DNA of 32,377 nt from an uncultured Eggerthellaceae bacterium. Lineage in GTDB: Bacteria; Actinomycetota; Coriobacteriia; Coriobacteriales; Eggerthellaceae. How positions within the stretch are numbered: the first letter of the stretch is position 1; the number at the start of each line of letters is the position of its first letter. Positions 1 through 8,323 of this stretch are shown piece by piece. The DNA lies in assembly GCA_964642255.1 (NCBI GenBank), contig CAZXOF010000002.1, positions 1-32,377 on the forward strand. The letters are read 5' to 3'. Under the pieces are notes generated by a model. The model did no database searches. It saw only the letters and a program-made list of their open reading frames with translations, and was not told the DNA's origin. A program made the position numbers and the translations under genes.

Positions 1-1367
1 TCCCAACGCTCGCACCACACAATAGGCCCGTGCGCAACATAAGACATCTCGTTGACGCCTTCAGAAATATGACGCAACAGCGTTGGCATGATGGTAGGAT
101 CATTATTAGCAAAAGCATCCCAATCAAAAAGTGCATATTCTTCGGCCGGCAAAAAACGTTCGAAATTGCCATTTACAATACAGCGAGCAATGTCACGATA
201 GAGCTGGCCGTAATTGCACCATAGCCCCAGATCATCCACGGTAGATCCCGTTACTTGATTCCATATCAGGTCGTCTTCGGTATTGTTCTCAAAAGGAACC
301 AAAGACCCAAGGACGTTTTTTGCATATCTAAAGGGGAAATTTCCAACACACGTATTACCCGTTGTCTCAAAACCGCCGTTTTCAGCACTTGCCGCAACTT
401 TGAGATCAGCATGACAGTGAATGGGGCAACCGTGGCAGCCATTCATTTTAATAGTGTACTTTTCAGCTTCAGGACCGTTATCCTTGGTGGACTTCATGCA
501 TCGATAGCCTACAGTATTGAGCTCGCCGGGCTTCGGCTCGCCAGTTTCAATAGCTCCGCCTTCCGCCGCAGCCCAATACAATCCGCTTTGCGCTGTCCAA
601 CGCGAAGATGAGTCATAGTATTCAGCCCATTCCTGCTGCGTTGACGGAACTACATGATTGTTGTTTGAGCCAATAATTTCGCGCAGCATGTAGTCGGAAA
701 GTTCGGCCACCGCATCGGGGTCGGCAACATTTACGCTACCGTTACCTTCAACGACAATGGCTTTGCACTTTTTTGAGCCCAACACAGCACCCACGCCAGC
801 ACCAGCAGAATGATTACGCGAATTGATGATACAGGCATAAGGAACCTGATTTTCACCTGCTGGACCTATGGTTGCTACACAAGCGCGCACGCCTTCAATG
901 CGCGAAAGTGTTTCAGAAGTTGCACGGGTACCGCTGCCCCATACAAAGCTTGCATCTTTAATTTGAACATCATCGTCTTTGATATTGATATAAACCGGCG
1001 TATCGCTTGCACCCTCCACAATCAACGCGTCATAACCGGCCTGCTTCAACTGCGCCCCAAACATACCACCACAGTGTGCATCCACTACTAAATGGTCAGT
1101 TGTATAGGTAGAGAGGGAACAGATGGTTGTACGACCCGCCAAAGGAACACCTGATGCAGTAAGCGGACCAACTGCAAAGACAACCTTATTTTCCTCGGAG
1201 AGAGGATCAGTTCCTGCGGGTACCTCATCATACATAATCTTATTCGCGATACCCATGCCGCCAATATATTCTTTGTAAGGCTCAGTCGCTTCGGTGGTGA
1301 TAGAGCCGCTTGTCAAATTGACGCGCAGCATCTTTCCTGCCCAACCGTATGACGTTGTATCAGCCAT
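1..1367 (-). CDS. Aldehyde:ferredoxin oxidoreductase (AOR) family tungstopterin/[4Fe-4S] enzyme, N-terminal ~455 codons only (gene continues past the left window edge)
   Basis: My translation of the minus strand from ATG (cat at 1365-1367) gives MADTTSYGWAGKMLRVNLTSGSITTEATEPYKEYIGGMGIANKIMYDEVPAGTDPLSEENKVVFAVGPLT...IGPAGENQVPYA...NHSAGAGVGAVLGSKKCKAIVVEG...MNGCHGCPIHCH. This is open to position 1. It fits the AOR N-terminal domain and the CxxCxxxC cluster motif. GGAG lies about 10 nt upstream of the ATG. It is missing from the ORF track because no stop falls inside the window. Confidence 0.85.
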   Translation of the reverse strand, partial: MADTTSYGWAGKMLRVNLTSGSITTEATEPYKEYIGGMGIANKIMYDEVPAGTDPLSEENKVVFAVGPLTASGVPLAGRTTICSLSTYTTDHLVVDAHCGGMFGAQLKQAGYDALIVEGASDTPVYINIKDDDVQIKDASFVWGSGTRATSETLSRIEGVRACVATIGPAGENQVPYACIINSRNHSAGAGVGAVLGSKKCKAIVVEGNGSVNVADPDAVAELSDYMLREIIGSNNNHVVPSTQQEWAEYYDSSSRWTAQSGLYWAAAEGGAIETGEPKPGELNTVGYRCMKSTKDNGPEAEKYTIKMNGCHGCPIHCHADLKVAASAENGGFETTGNTCVGNFPFRYAKNVLGSLVPFENNTEDDLIWNQVTGSTVDDLGLWCNYGQLYRDIARCIVNGNFERFLPAEEYALFDWDAFANNDPTIMPTLLRHISEGVNEMSYVAHGPIVWCERW

Positions 1368-1755
1368 AGCTCTTTCTCCACATTCTCTCGTCTTTCACGG
1401 AATTGCACATCACGGGAACAACCGGGAATGTGGGTGGCTTTTGTGACAATTAGTATGGCTATTCAAGGCTTCACCACCCTACCTTGTTTTGAGGGAATCT
1501 CCGAAAAATCGCTGGTGAGCGCGTGATACCCCCGAAAGAGGGTACGCCTTTTATATAGATACACGCACACTGCGACTATTGCGCATCACCTACATTGAGG
1601 GAACTGATCGGAAGGAGAATCGCGACACGCGTTTGTAACGCACGTCATTGGAGGTATGGGGTTACACACAACCTAAATGAGCACGAGACATGTCGCGAGA
1701 GTGGCTCTATACAGGACAAGCAAGCTCACCGATCTGTTGAGGGGGGTTTAAGAAC

Positions 1756-2568
1756 ATGTCGGACAAAAATGTAAACGGCGACATTCCTGTCGAGAAGCCT
1801 ATAAACAACGCTTCTGCAGCGAATCCGTCCACACAGACTTATACATCTACAACCGACGACGTTGCGACCGCTTCCTCCGGCGAAACAAATTCATTTGCGC
1901 CAGAGCCAAGAAGGTTACCGCAAAAAAAGAGCACGATCACACGCCGCCATGTATTAGCTTTAGCTGGGTGCGGCGTGTCTGGACTTGTTGTTGGCGGCTT
2001 AGTATCCACATGGGGTGTTACCCAGGCCTCTATCGCCTCTGGGCGTATCGAGATACGAACAACTCCATCGCACATGATCGTCACCGATCGCGCGCGCTGC
2101 TCAGGCTGTCAGCGCTGCGAAATGGCCTGCACACTAAAAAACGATGGCCGTGTATGCCAACATATTGCTCGTGTGCGAGTACGTGATAACTACGCTTTTG
2201 GTGTAAGCGCTGATACCGGTGACGGCGTGTTTGGCAGTTGTGAGTTTACCGTTGAGCATTGCAAGCAGTGCGCCGATCCGTGGTGTATGAACTACTGCCC
2301 AGTACATGCAATTTATGCCGATGAGAAATCCGGTGCCCGCACAGTTGATACCGACCGATGCATTGGCTGCGGCATGTGCTCGCAGGCCTGCCCGTGGAAC
2401 ATGCCACGCATCGATACCGAAACAGGCGTTTCAACCAAGTGTATTTCCTGCGGTCGTTGCGCTGCACAATGTCCCAACGGTGCCATTCAATTCATCGACT
2501 GGCAGGATATCGCCCAAACGGTTATTGACCAGGGTGTGGTGCGCACAACAACGCTCGTGTCTACCTAA
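1756..2568 (+). CDS. Tat-signal-bearing 4x[4Fe-4S] ferredoxin (DmsB/NrfC/HybA-like electron-transfer subunit) with a long low-complexity N-region
   Basis: Four Cys clusters are present: CSGCQRCEMAC, CKQCADPWCMNYCP, CIGCGMCSQACP, CISCGRCAAQCP. The twin-arginine motif TRRHVLALAG is followed by a hydrophobic stretch and ASIAS. A G-rich SD (gagggggg) lies ~9 nt upstream of the ATG at 1756. Confidence 0.8.
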   Translation: MSDKNVNGDIPVEKPINNASAANPSTQTYTSTTDDVATASSGETNSFAPEPRRLPQKKSTITRRHVLALAGCGVSGLVVGGLVSTWGVTQASIASGRIEIRTTPSHMIVTDRARCSGCQRCEMACTLKNDGRVCQHIARVRVRDNYAFGVSADTGDGVFGSCEFTVEHCKQCADPWCMNYCPVHAIYADEKSGARTVDTDRCIGCGMCSQACPWNMPRIDTETGVSTKCISCGRCAAQCPNGAIQFIDWQDIAQTVIDQGVVRTTTLVST

Positions 2569-2618
2569 GCAGCGACACAGCGAAAGCACAAGCATGTTGA
2601 TGAGAGGCATGAGAGGAC

Positions 2619-3413
2619 ATGGGACAAAGCACAGTCATATATACAGGTGAGAAAACATGTAGCACAACCGGTGATGCAGCAGTGTTCTCAATTATTTCTC
2701 GATGTTTCACAAACACAAGTCGCGAGGAATGGGAACAGCTAACAACTGGTTTTATGTGGGCAGACTTCCTAGATGACGTGCGTGGTCTTACCCAAACAGG
2801 ACGCAGGCTTGGTGATATCGAACGCCCTATCGAACGATTAAAACCTCAACGTCCGCTACAAGATGCACTTTCCAATCAAGAGGTTGGCGCACTTTTTACG
2901 CCACCTACTTACGAGGAGAAATGTAGTTTTGCAGCGCGACATTTTACTGGGGGACTACCGGAATCAGCTATGCCTGTGGAGTCGCTTTATGTGGAATGGC
3001 AACCCGATATACATGGAGAGACCTTGTTTTCTCGAGCAAAAGGGTTCTACCTTGCCAATACAGCGACATACATGGCCGACATGATAGAAGCGGTTGGTGG
3101 CAGCATACCGTCTGCCTTTTCTGCCTGTCCGGATCACCTTTCCCTCGAGCTTGATTTTGCGGCTGTTTTATTGCGGTCGTTTTTGGTGGCAGAAGCTCAG
3201 CAGTTCATTGTTGAACGTCTTGCATGGCTGACCGCCTATCGTATGAAGCTACTCTCACTCCATGACGATGCAAGCTTTTACATAGCCCTTGTTGATGTGC
3301 TTATCGCTGTTCGCGAACAGCAGGCGGGAGAACTTGATGAATCGACCCGGCTCGCAGCGAACGTCGTCGCCACGAGCGGCACATATCAGAGAGGAAAGAG
3401 CAATGTTGGATAA
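2619..3413 (+). CDS. TorD/DmsD/NarJ-family redox-enzyme maturation chaperone
   Basis: It sits immediately upstream of, and overlaps by 11 nt, a Tat-dependent molybdoenzyme gene. The CPDHLSLELDFAAVLL segment resembles the conserved (E/P)DH..(L)EL.F motif of the family. Size is ~264 aa. There is no signal peptide. Confidence 0.7.
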   Translation: MGQSTVIYTGEKTCSTTGDAAVFSIISRCFTNTSREEWEQLTTGFMWADFLDDVRGLTQTGRRLGDIERPIERLKPQRPLQDALSNQEVGALFTPPTYEEKCSFAARHFTGGLPESAMPVESLYVEWQPDIHGETLFSRAKGFYLANTATYMADMIEAVGGSIPSAFSACPDHLSLELDFAAVLLRSFLVAEAQQFIVERLAWLTAYRMKLLSLHDDASFYIALVDVLIAVREQQAGELDESTRLAANVVATSGTYQRGKSNVG

Positions 3414-5604
3414 TGCTCTCACAAGGAGAAGCTTCATAGCGGGCGCTACAGGCGTCACTGCTGCTGCCGCAGCAGCAGGCTATGTCGGTTTCGGGGCGTG
3501 GAACGAAGCGCACGCAGAAGATGAGAAAACATCTTCTGAGACGAAGAGTATCCACACAACCTGCAATGCATGCTCCAATAAATGCGGATTCACGGCATAT
3601 GTCGTGAATGGCAAACTTGGTAAATTGATTGGCGATGAGAACCATCCATACGCACAAGGAAAGCTGTGTGCGCGCGGATACGGATATTCTCAGATCGCTT
3701 ATTCCGAAGATCGCTTGACCGATCCGCTTCGCAAAAATGATCAGGGAGAATTTGAGGCCATTACCTGGGAAGAGGCAATTTCTGAGATTGCCGAGCGCCT
3801 TACCTCCATCATTAATTCAGACGGAGCCGATGCGGTAGCGCTAGTACAAGATCCACGACCCGCAGGTTCGTACTACACTCAGCGTTTCATGAACGCCATC
3901 GGGTCGCCCAACTTCTATACACATGGCGCGGCGTGTAATCTGTCGAAAGTTTCTGGTCTTACACAAGTCATTGGCACAGGTGACTATTACAGCGACGTCG
4001 AAAACTCACAGATGACTATGTTTATTGGTCGCAGCTATGCCGACGGGATACGCCCCAGTGCACTGGCCGAAATACAACGTGCACACGAAAACGGATCGAA
4101 AATTGTAATTGTCGATCCACGCTGCAACAATACATCACGCTTTGCCGATGAGTGGATTCCGATCAACCCCGGCACCGACCTTGCCTTTGTTTTGGCAATG
4201 GCCAACGTGCTTATCAAAAGCAATCGTTATGATGCAACCTATCTTGCCGAAAATGCCGTCGGTTTCGAAGAATGGGCCGAGGCTATTTCGTCGTATACGC
4301 CTGATTGGGCAGAAAGTATCACAGGTATTGAGTCAACCACCATTGAGCGCTTAGCCTTGGAGATGTGGAACGCAGCTCCTGCAGCTTCCATTGACCCAAG
4401 TTGGCGTGGTGCATTTGGATGCGCATACTCAAATTCAGGCGAAACAGCACGTGCTATAGGATGCTTCAATAGCCTGCTGGGATGCTGGAATCAAAAAGGC
4501 GGCGCACTATTTTTGCCCAGCGTGTCAGCCGGAACACTTGATGCAACGGCATTTCCTAGTGTACCAACTCCAAAAGGCACCAAGATTGGCGCAACAGAAT
4601 ACCCACTTGCATCATCAAGTATGGGTGTAAATCTGGCAGCAGCTCAAGCAGCTGCTGAAGGTACGCTCAAGGCTATGTTCTTTTACAACTCAAACATGGT
4701 AGCGGGGTATTCAAATCCCGAGTATTTAGCTGAAGCGCTTAGCAATTTGGATCTATGTGTAGTAATTGATGTACAGCTTACTGAGACTGGTCAAGTAGCT
4801 GACTATGTATTGCCCGAGTGCAGCTATCTTGAAAGATCGGAGCTACCCGAATTTATAAGCGGAAAGATTCCAAGCGTAACGCTACGTAACCAAGTGCTTG
4901 ACCGCATCCATTCAAACACGCGCACCTGCGCTGAAATATTTACCGATTTAGCTGAGGCTTGTGATGTAGGTGAATACTTCCCCTTCACAATTGAAGAGTT
5001 GGCAGAAGCTCAGCTTGAAAGCGTGGGGCTATCGGTTGATGCTGTAGCACAAACAGGAACTGTGTATTTTTCCGATCATGCATTCACGTACGGCACTACG
5101 CCTACGTGGAATACATCCAGTGGCAAGATTCAGTTTACAAGCGCGGCATGCGAAAGCGCAGGTTATACCGCTACGCCTACATGGGTTGAGCCGACGGTTA
5201 TGCCTGATGGCAATCAATTGCGGCTTATTGGCGGAAAGCAAGCCATCCATAGTCACACTATGACAGCAAATATTGCCGAGCTTATGGCAATTACCGAGCA
5301 ATACGACCTTGAGCGCGTATGGATAAACGCAGATGTCGCTGAAGAACTTGGCATCTCTGACGGCGACGAAATAGAGGTCTCAAACGACTACCATGAGGGA
5401 ACAATTTGTGCAAAAGTGACGCAACGCATCAATCCAACAGCACTATTTATACCCAGCCATTACGGTTGCACCGTACCTGAACAAACAAATGCGTACGGCA
5501 TTGGTCTGCGTCAAATGGACTACGTTCCCTTCCGCATCGAACCGGGTTACGGCGGTGCCTGTACACAGGAAACGACCGTCACGGTGAAGAAAGCAGGTGC
5601 GTGA
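3403..5604 (+). CDS. Molybdopterin (bis-PGD) oxidoreductase catalytic subunit, Tat-exported, PsrA/PhsA-like size class (733 aa); substrate unknown
   Basis: I chose the ATG at 3403, preceded by gaggaaagag, which gives MLDNALTRRSFIAGATGV (a Tat motif). The FS0 motif is CNACSNKC...(27)...C. A candidate Mo-ligand Cys lies in THGAACNLS (tgt 3934-3936). The C-terminal Molydop-binding-like domain reads RLIGGKQAIHSHT...GISDGDEIEV. The track ORF start at 3289 overlaps the chaperone gene and lacks an SD. Confidence 0.9.
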   Translation: MLDNALTRRSFIAGATGVTAAAAAAGYVGFGAWNEAHAEDEKTSSETKSIHTTCNACSNKCGFTAYVVNGKLGKLIGDENHPYAQGKLCARGYGYSQIAYSEDRLTDPLRKNDQGEFEAITWEEAISEIAERLTSIINSDGADAVALVQDPRPAGSYYTQRFMNAIGSPNFYTHGAACNLSKVSGLTQVIGTGDYYSDVENSQMTMFIGRSYADGIRPSALAEIQRAHENGSKIVIVDPRCNNTSRFADEWIPINPGTDLAFVLAMANVLIKSNRYDATYLAENAVGFEEWAEAISSYTPDWAESITGIESTTIERLALEMWNAAPAASIDPSWRGAFGCAYSNSGETARAIGCFNSLLGCWNQKGGALFLPSVSAGTLDATAFPSVPTPKGTKIGATEYPLASSSMGVNLAAAQAAAEGTLKAMFFYNSNMVAGYSNPEYLAEALSNLDLCVVIDVQLTETGQVADYVLPECSYLERSELPEFISGKIPSVTLRNQVLDRIHSNTRTCAEIFTDLAEACDVGEYFPFTIEELAEAQLESVGLSVDAVAQTGTVYFSDHAFTYGTTPTWNTSSGKIQFTSAACESAGYTATPTWVEPTVMPDGNQLRLIGGKQAIHSHTMTANIAELMAITEQYDLERVWINADVAEELGISDGDEIEVSNDYHEGTICAKVTQRINPTALFIPSHYGCTVPEQTNAYGIGLRQMDYVPFRIEPGYGGACTQETTVTVKKAGA

Positions 5605-6146
5605 TGGCGCGATACGGAATGCTTATAAACACAAAGAAATGCGTGGGGTGTTATGCCTGTCGTACGGCGTGCCAACGGCAGAATAACCTGTTACCCACTC
5701 AAGATTTTATCCGCTATGAAGAAACAGAAACGGGTACCTACCCAACAGTGAGCTATGAGGTGGTTCCCATCCAATGCATGCATTGTGAAGATGCCCCGTG
5801 TGTTGCAGTATGCCCCACCGGAGCCGCCTTCTTCGGAACAGACGGCATTGTGGGCGTAGATGAAGGGCGCTGTATAGGATGCAAGTACTGCATGGCAGCT
5901 TGCCCCTATCAGGTACGCGTTCAGAACTCCGAAACAGGCACGGTGGATAAATGTCGCTTCTGCACGGTTTCTGCCGAGCAAACAGGCACGAAGATGTGCA
6001 CGTGCGTCGAGGCTTGCCTCACCGGTGCCCGACTCTTCGGCGACCTCGATGATCCTGACAGCGAAATCTCTCGCGAGATTATCGCAACAGGCGCCCAACC
6101 GCTGAAGGGCGATTTAACCAAAGCAAAAGTCTATTATGTGAGGTGA
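5604..6146 (+). CDS. 4Fe-4S cluster electron-transfer subunit (DmsB/PsrB/NrfC family), no signal peptide (Tat hitch-hiker type)
   Basis: The sequence MARYGMLINTKKCVGCYACRTAC, CMHCEDAPCVAVCP, CIGCKYCMAACP, CRFC...C..AC is typical of the family. The ATG at 5604 overlaps the upstream TGA (TGATG), suggesting translational coupling. The track start at 5601 is a GTG one codon upstream. Confidence 0.9.
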   Translation: MARYGMLINTKKCVGCYACRTACQRQNNLLPTQDFIRYEETETGTYPTVSYEVVPIQCMHCEDAPCVAVCPTGAAFFGTDGIVGVDEGRCIGCKYCMAACPYQVRVQNSETGTVDKCRFCTVSAEQTGTKMCTCVEACLTGARLFGDLDDPDSEISREIIATGAQPLKGDLTKAKVYYVR

Positions 6147-6152
6147 GCGGCG

Positions 6153-7046
6153 ATGTCTTTCGAACCCATCTGGGGTGCCATCATCGCGTGGTACTTATTT
6201 TTAGCAGGCTTGGGCGGTGGTGCATTCACAGCCTCCGCGTTTTTGAAGTGGAGACATCCCGAAGCCGTGTGCATGCGCAAAATTGGACATCTTATAGCTC
6301 CCATTGTCGTCATCATTGGCTTGGTGCTGCTTATGTTCGACGCCGAGGCTGGTTTGCATAACCCCTTGCGCTTTGCGTTACTGCTTACAAACTTCGGTTC
6401 CGTTATGACTTGGGGTGTGGTATTTCTTGCCGGTTTTGTGATTGTGGCGCTTGTTGTGGTGATACTCAATTCCACGAAGCGTCCTGTACCTATATGGCTT
6501 GATATAGCAGGCGTGCTCTTTGCACTATGTGTTGCAATGTATACGGGTGCCCTCTTGGGGGTTTGCAAAACCTTCCCCTTGTGGAATACCGCACTTTTGC
6601 CTATCCTCTTTCTTGTTTCGGCAATGTCTGCAGGCATGTCGAGTGTGTTACTTGTATCTATCATTCGTCATCCCGAGGAGTTCAATCGCGTTAGCGTGTT
6701 TAAGAAGTTTCACTTCTGCCTCCCTATTATCGAGATTGTATTGGTAGCATCCTTGCTGTTCATTACTGCGTCCAACTCGACAGCTGGCTATAATTCAGTG
6801 ATGAGCTTACTTGTGGGTGACTATGCCCCGCTGTTCTGGATAGGTTTAATTGTTATAGGTCTTGTGCTGCCAACTGCGTTTGAAACATGGTTGCTGTTCT
6901 TCAGCCCAAAGGAATTTGAAGAAAGTCACAAAGCACATACCATTAGCCTTGTCTCTGATGTAGGGGTCCTTATAGGCGGCTTCTTGCTTCGCTACCTTAT
7001 TGTAGTCGCCGCACTGCCTATTACCATGGTTGTCGCAGCAACCTAA
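6153..7046 (+). CDS. NrfD/PsrC-family integral membrane quinol-interacting anchor subunit
   Basis: The N-terminus WGAIIAWYLFLAGLGGGAF is typical of NrfD/DmsC/PsrC. About 8 hydrophobic segments are present. It is the last gene of the operon, starting 6 nt after the FeS subunit stop. Confidence 0.85.
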   Translation: MSFEPIWGAIIAWYLFLAGLGGGAFTASAFLKWRHPEAVCMRKIGHLIAPIVVIIGLVLLMFDAEAGLHNPLRFALLLTNFGSVMTWGVVFLAGFVIVALVVVILNSTKRPVPIWLDIAGVLFALCVAMYTGALLGVCKTFPLWNTALLPILFLVSAMSAGMSSVLLVSIIRHPEEFNRVSVFKKFHFCLPIIEIVLVASLLFITASNSTAGYNSVMSLLVGDYAPLFWIGLIVIGLVLPTAFETWLLFFSPKEFEESHKAHTISLVSDVGVLIGGFLLRYLIVVAALPITMVVAAT

Positions 7047-7079
7047 CACTACTATGTCACCACATTTCTCCACGTCTAC

Positions 7080-7117
7080 GGTAGAGTGACTTGCAGAACC
7101 TTGTGATTCACTCTACC
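7080..7117 (+). terminator. Stem-loop downstream of the oxidoreductase operon (10-bp perfect stem, no U-tract)
   Basis: ggtagagtga (7080-7089) pairs perfectly with tcactctacc (7108-7117), 34 nt after the stop at 7046. No T-run follows, so this is an I-shaped/actinobacterial-type terminator at best. Confidence 0.4.
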
Positions 7118-7328
7118 ACCGCTAATACACCAACTACACGACACAAAGAAACGATGTTTTTATTCAGAGAAGCTCCTCGCAGCAAGCAGCACTGACTGTT
7201 AGCTGTAAGTAGCTTCTCATTGTATTGAGACGCCTTATTGGTCCATACTGCATGAGTGGCTACTGGCACACTTTGTCCAAACACCTAACATCACGCTTAT
7301 TTGTACAAGTAGTCCTAGACGACACACA

Positions 7329-8231
7329 TCAAACACTAATACTTTGGGCCATTAAGGTATCCGCCAAAGTTCCTCCGTTGTTGCGATAAGCGCGTGGGGT
7401 TATGCCGTAGGCACGCTGAAATACACGACTAAAATAACTTTGCTGAGCAAAACCGCAAGCTTGTGCAATGCTTGCCACAGAATCCGATGTAGTACGCAAC
7501 AAGGTAGCAGCACATTCAAGTCGATAATCAATAAGATAGCTAACCGGTGAGTGTCCTGTATAGCGCTTAAAGAGTCGCGCACAGGTACTTTTACTTACGC
7601 TACCTCCATGCGCAATATCTTTAAGCTGAATGTTCTCAGAATAATGTTGACGAATAAAGCTGATCATGTGCTTGACCAACTCAACATCAGCACTAATAGG
7701 ATCAACGCCTGCCCCACGCTCTTCTAAAGCGCAATACAACTCTCGAAGAATCCGTAAACAGAGCGATACAACTTCTAGTTCAAAGGCTCGTGGCTGATCA
7801 CATATTAGTCGGTCGATCTCATCAATAGCTTCACGAATACGCACTGTATTCATATGATAACCAGGAAGTATAACATGCCTGAAGGAGGGATCCTGTAGTA
7901 CGGGATACACATATGCGTTAAAGAGCACTGGATCTGACACAAGTTTATCGGCATACATAACCAAAGTCAGTCCTCTGCCTTCTTCTTCGCATGTCACCGA
8001 TCCTGCTAAACGGTGCAGTTGTTGGCAGTTGATGAAGCAAAGATCACCTTTTCCCAAGGTAAATATACGATGGTTTGCTTGGCAACACAATTGCCCATGG
8101 GTCACGCTGACCACCTCAATGGCATCATGCCAGTGAGTCAATTCACTTGCAGAAAAGGGGTGAGTAGAGTCTTTTTGCTCTACGACAACAGGCAAGGCAA
8201 CAGCAGATTGCTTGATCGTAGCGTCTACCAT
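7329..8231 (-). CDS. AraC-family transcriptional regulator (N-terminal cupin-type sensing domain plus C-terminal dual HTH)
   Basis: The C-terminus reads IQLKDIAHGGSVSKSTCARLFKRYTGHSPVSYLIDYRLECAATLLRTTSDSVASIAQACGFAQQSYFSRVFQRAYGITPRAYR, the canonical AraC HTH pair. An SD (aaaggaa) lies 5 nt before the ATG at 8231. Confidence 0.9.
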   Translation of the reverse strand: MVDATIKQSAVALPVVVEQKDSTHPFSASELTHWHDAIEVVSVTHGQLCCQANHRIFTLGKGDLCFINCQQLHRLAGSVTCEEEGRGLTLVMYADKLVSDPVLFNAYVYPVLQDPSFRHVILPGYHMNTVRIREAIDEIDRLICDQPRAFELEVVSLCLRILRELYCALEERGAGVDPISADVELVKHMISFIRQHYSENIQLKDIAHGGSVSKSTCARLFKRYTGHSPVSYLIDYRLECAATLLRTTSDSVASIAQACGFAQQSYFSRVFQRAYGITPRAYRNNGGTLADTLMAQSISV

Positions 8232-8295
8232 GACAATTCCTTTTGTAGGTTGACATTGTCTTTATGATAAGATAGTGCTAAAAGATGACATAAAA

Positions 8296-8323
8296 GTGAT
8301 AGTAATATAACCTTTATTATAAT
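8296..8323 (+). promoter_or_regulatory. Candidate sigma70-type promoter for dps (GTGATA-16-TATAAT) embedded in the 10-bp palindrome TATTATAATA
   Basis: The -35-like gtgata is at 8296-8301 and the -10 tataat at 8318-8323, about 58 nt upstream of the dps ATG. The palindrome tattataata spans 8316-8325. Confidence 0.35.

Noticed and set aside
1480-1560. Moco/Tuco riboswitch between the AOR and the molybdoenzyme operon
   Set aside because: Only fragmentary resemblance is present (CUCCGA at ~1499-1504 and GAAAGAGG at ~1534-1541 on the plus strand). I could not build the multi-stem architecture or find GCCUCC-type elements. It is not callable by eye and is left as a cmsearch check in the findings.
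1656-1676. Mini-ORF ATG GGG TTA CAC ACA ACC TAA behind a GGAGG in the ferredoxin leader
   Set aside because: The SD core ends only 1 nt before the ATG, which is far too short a spacing. The peptide is 6 aa with no regulatory codon pattern.
3289-3402. Upstream extension of the molybdoenzyme ORF (track start 3289)
   Set aside because: The extension overlaps the chaperone gene and places 38 residues before the Tat motif. The ATG at 3403 has a good SD (gaggaaagag) and gives a canonical MLDNALTRRSFIAG signal.
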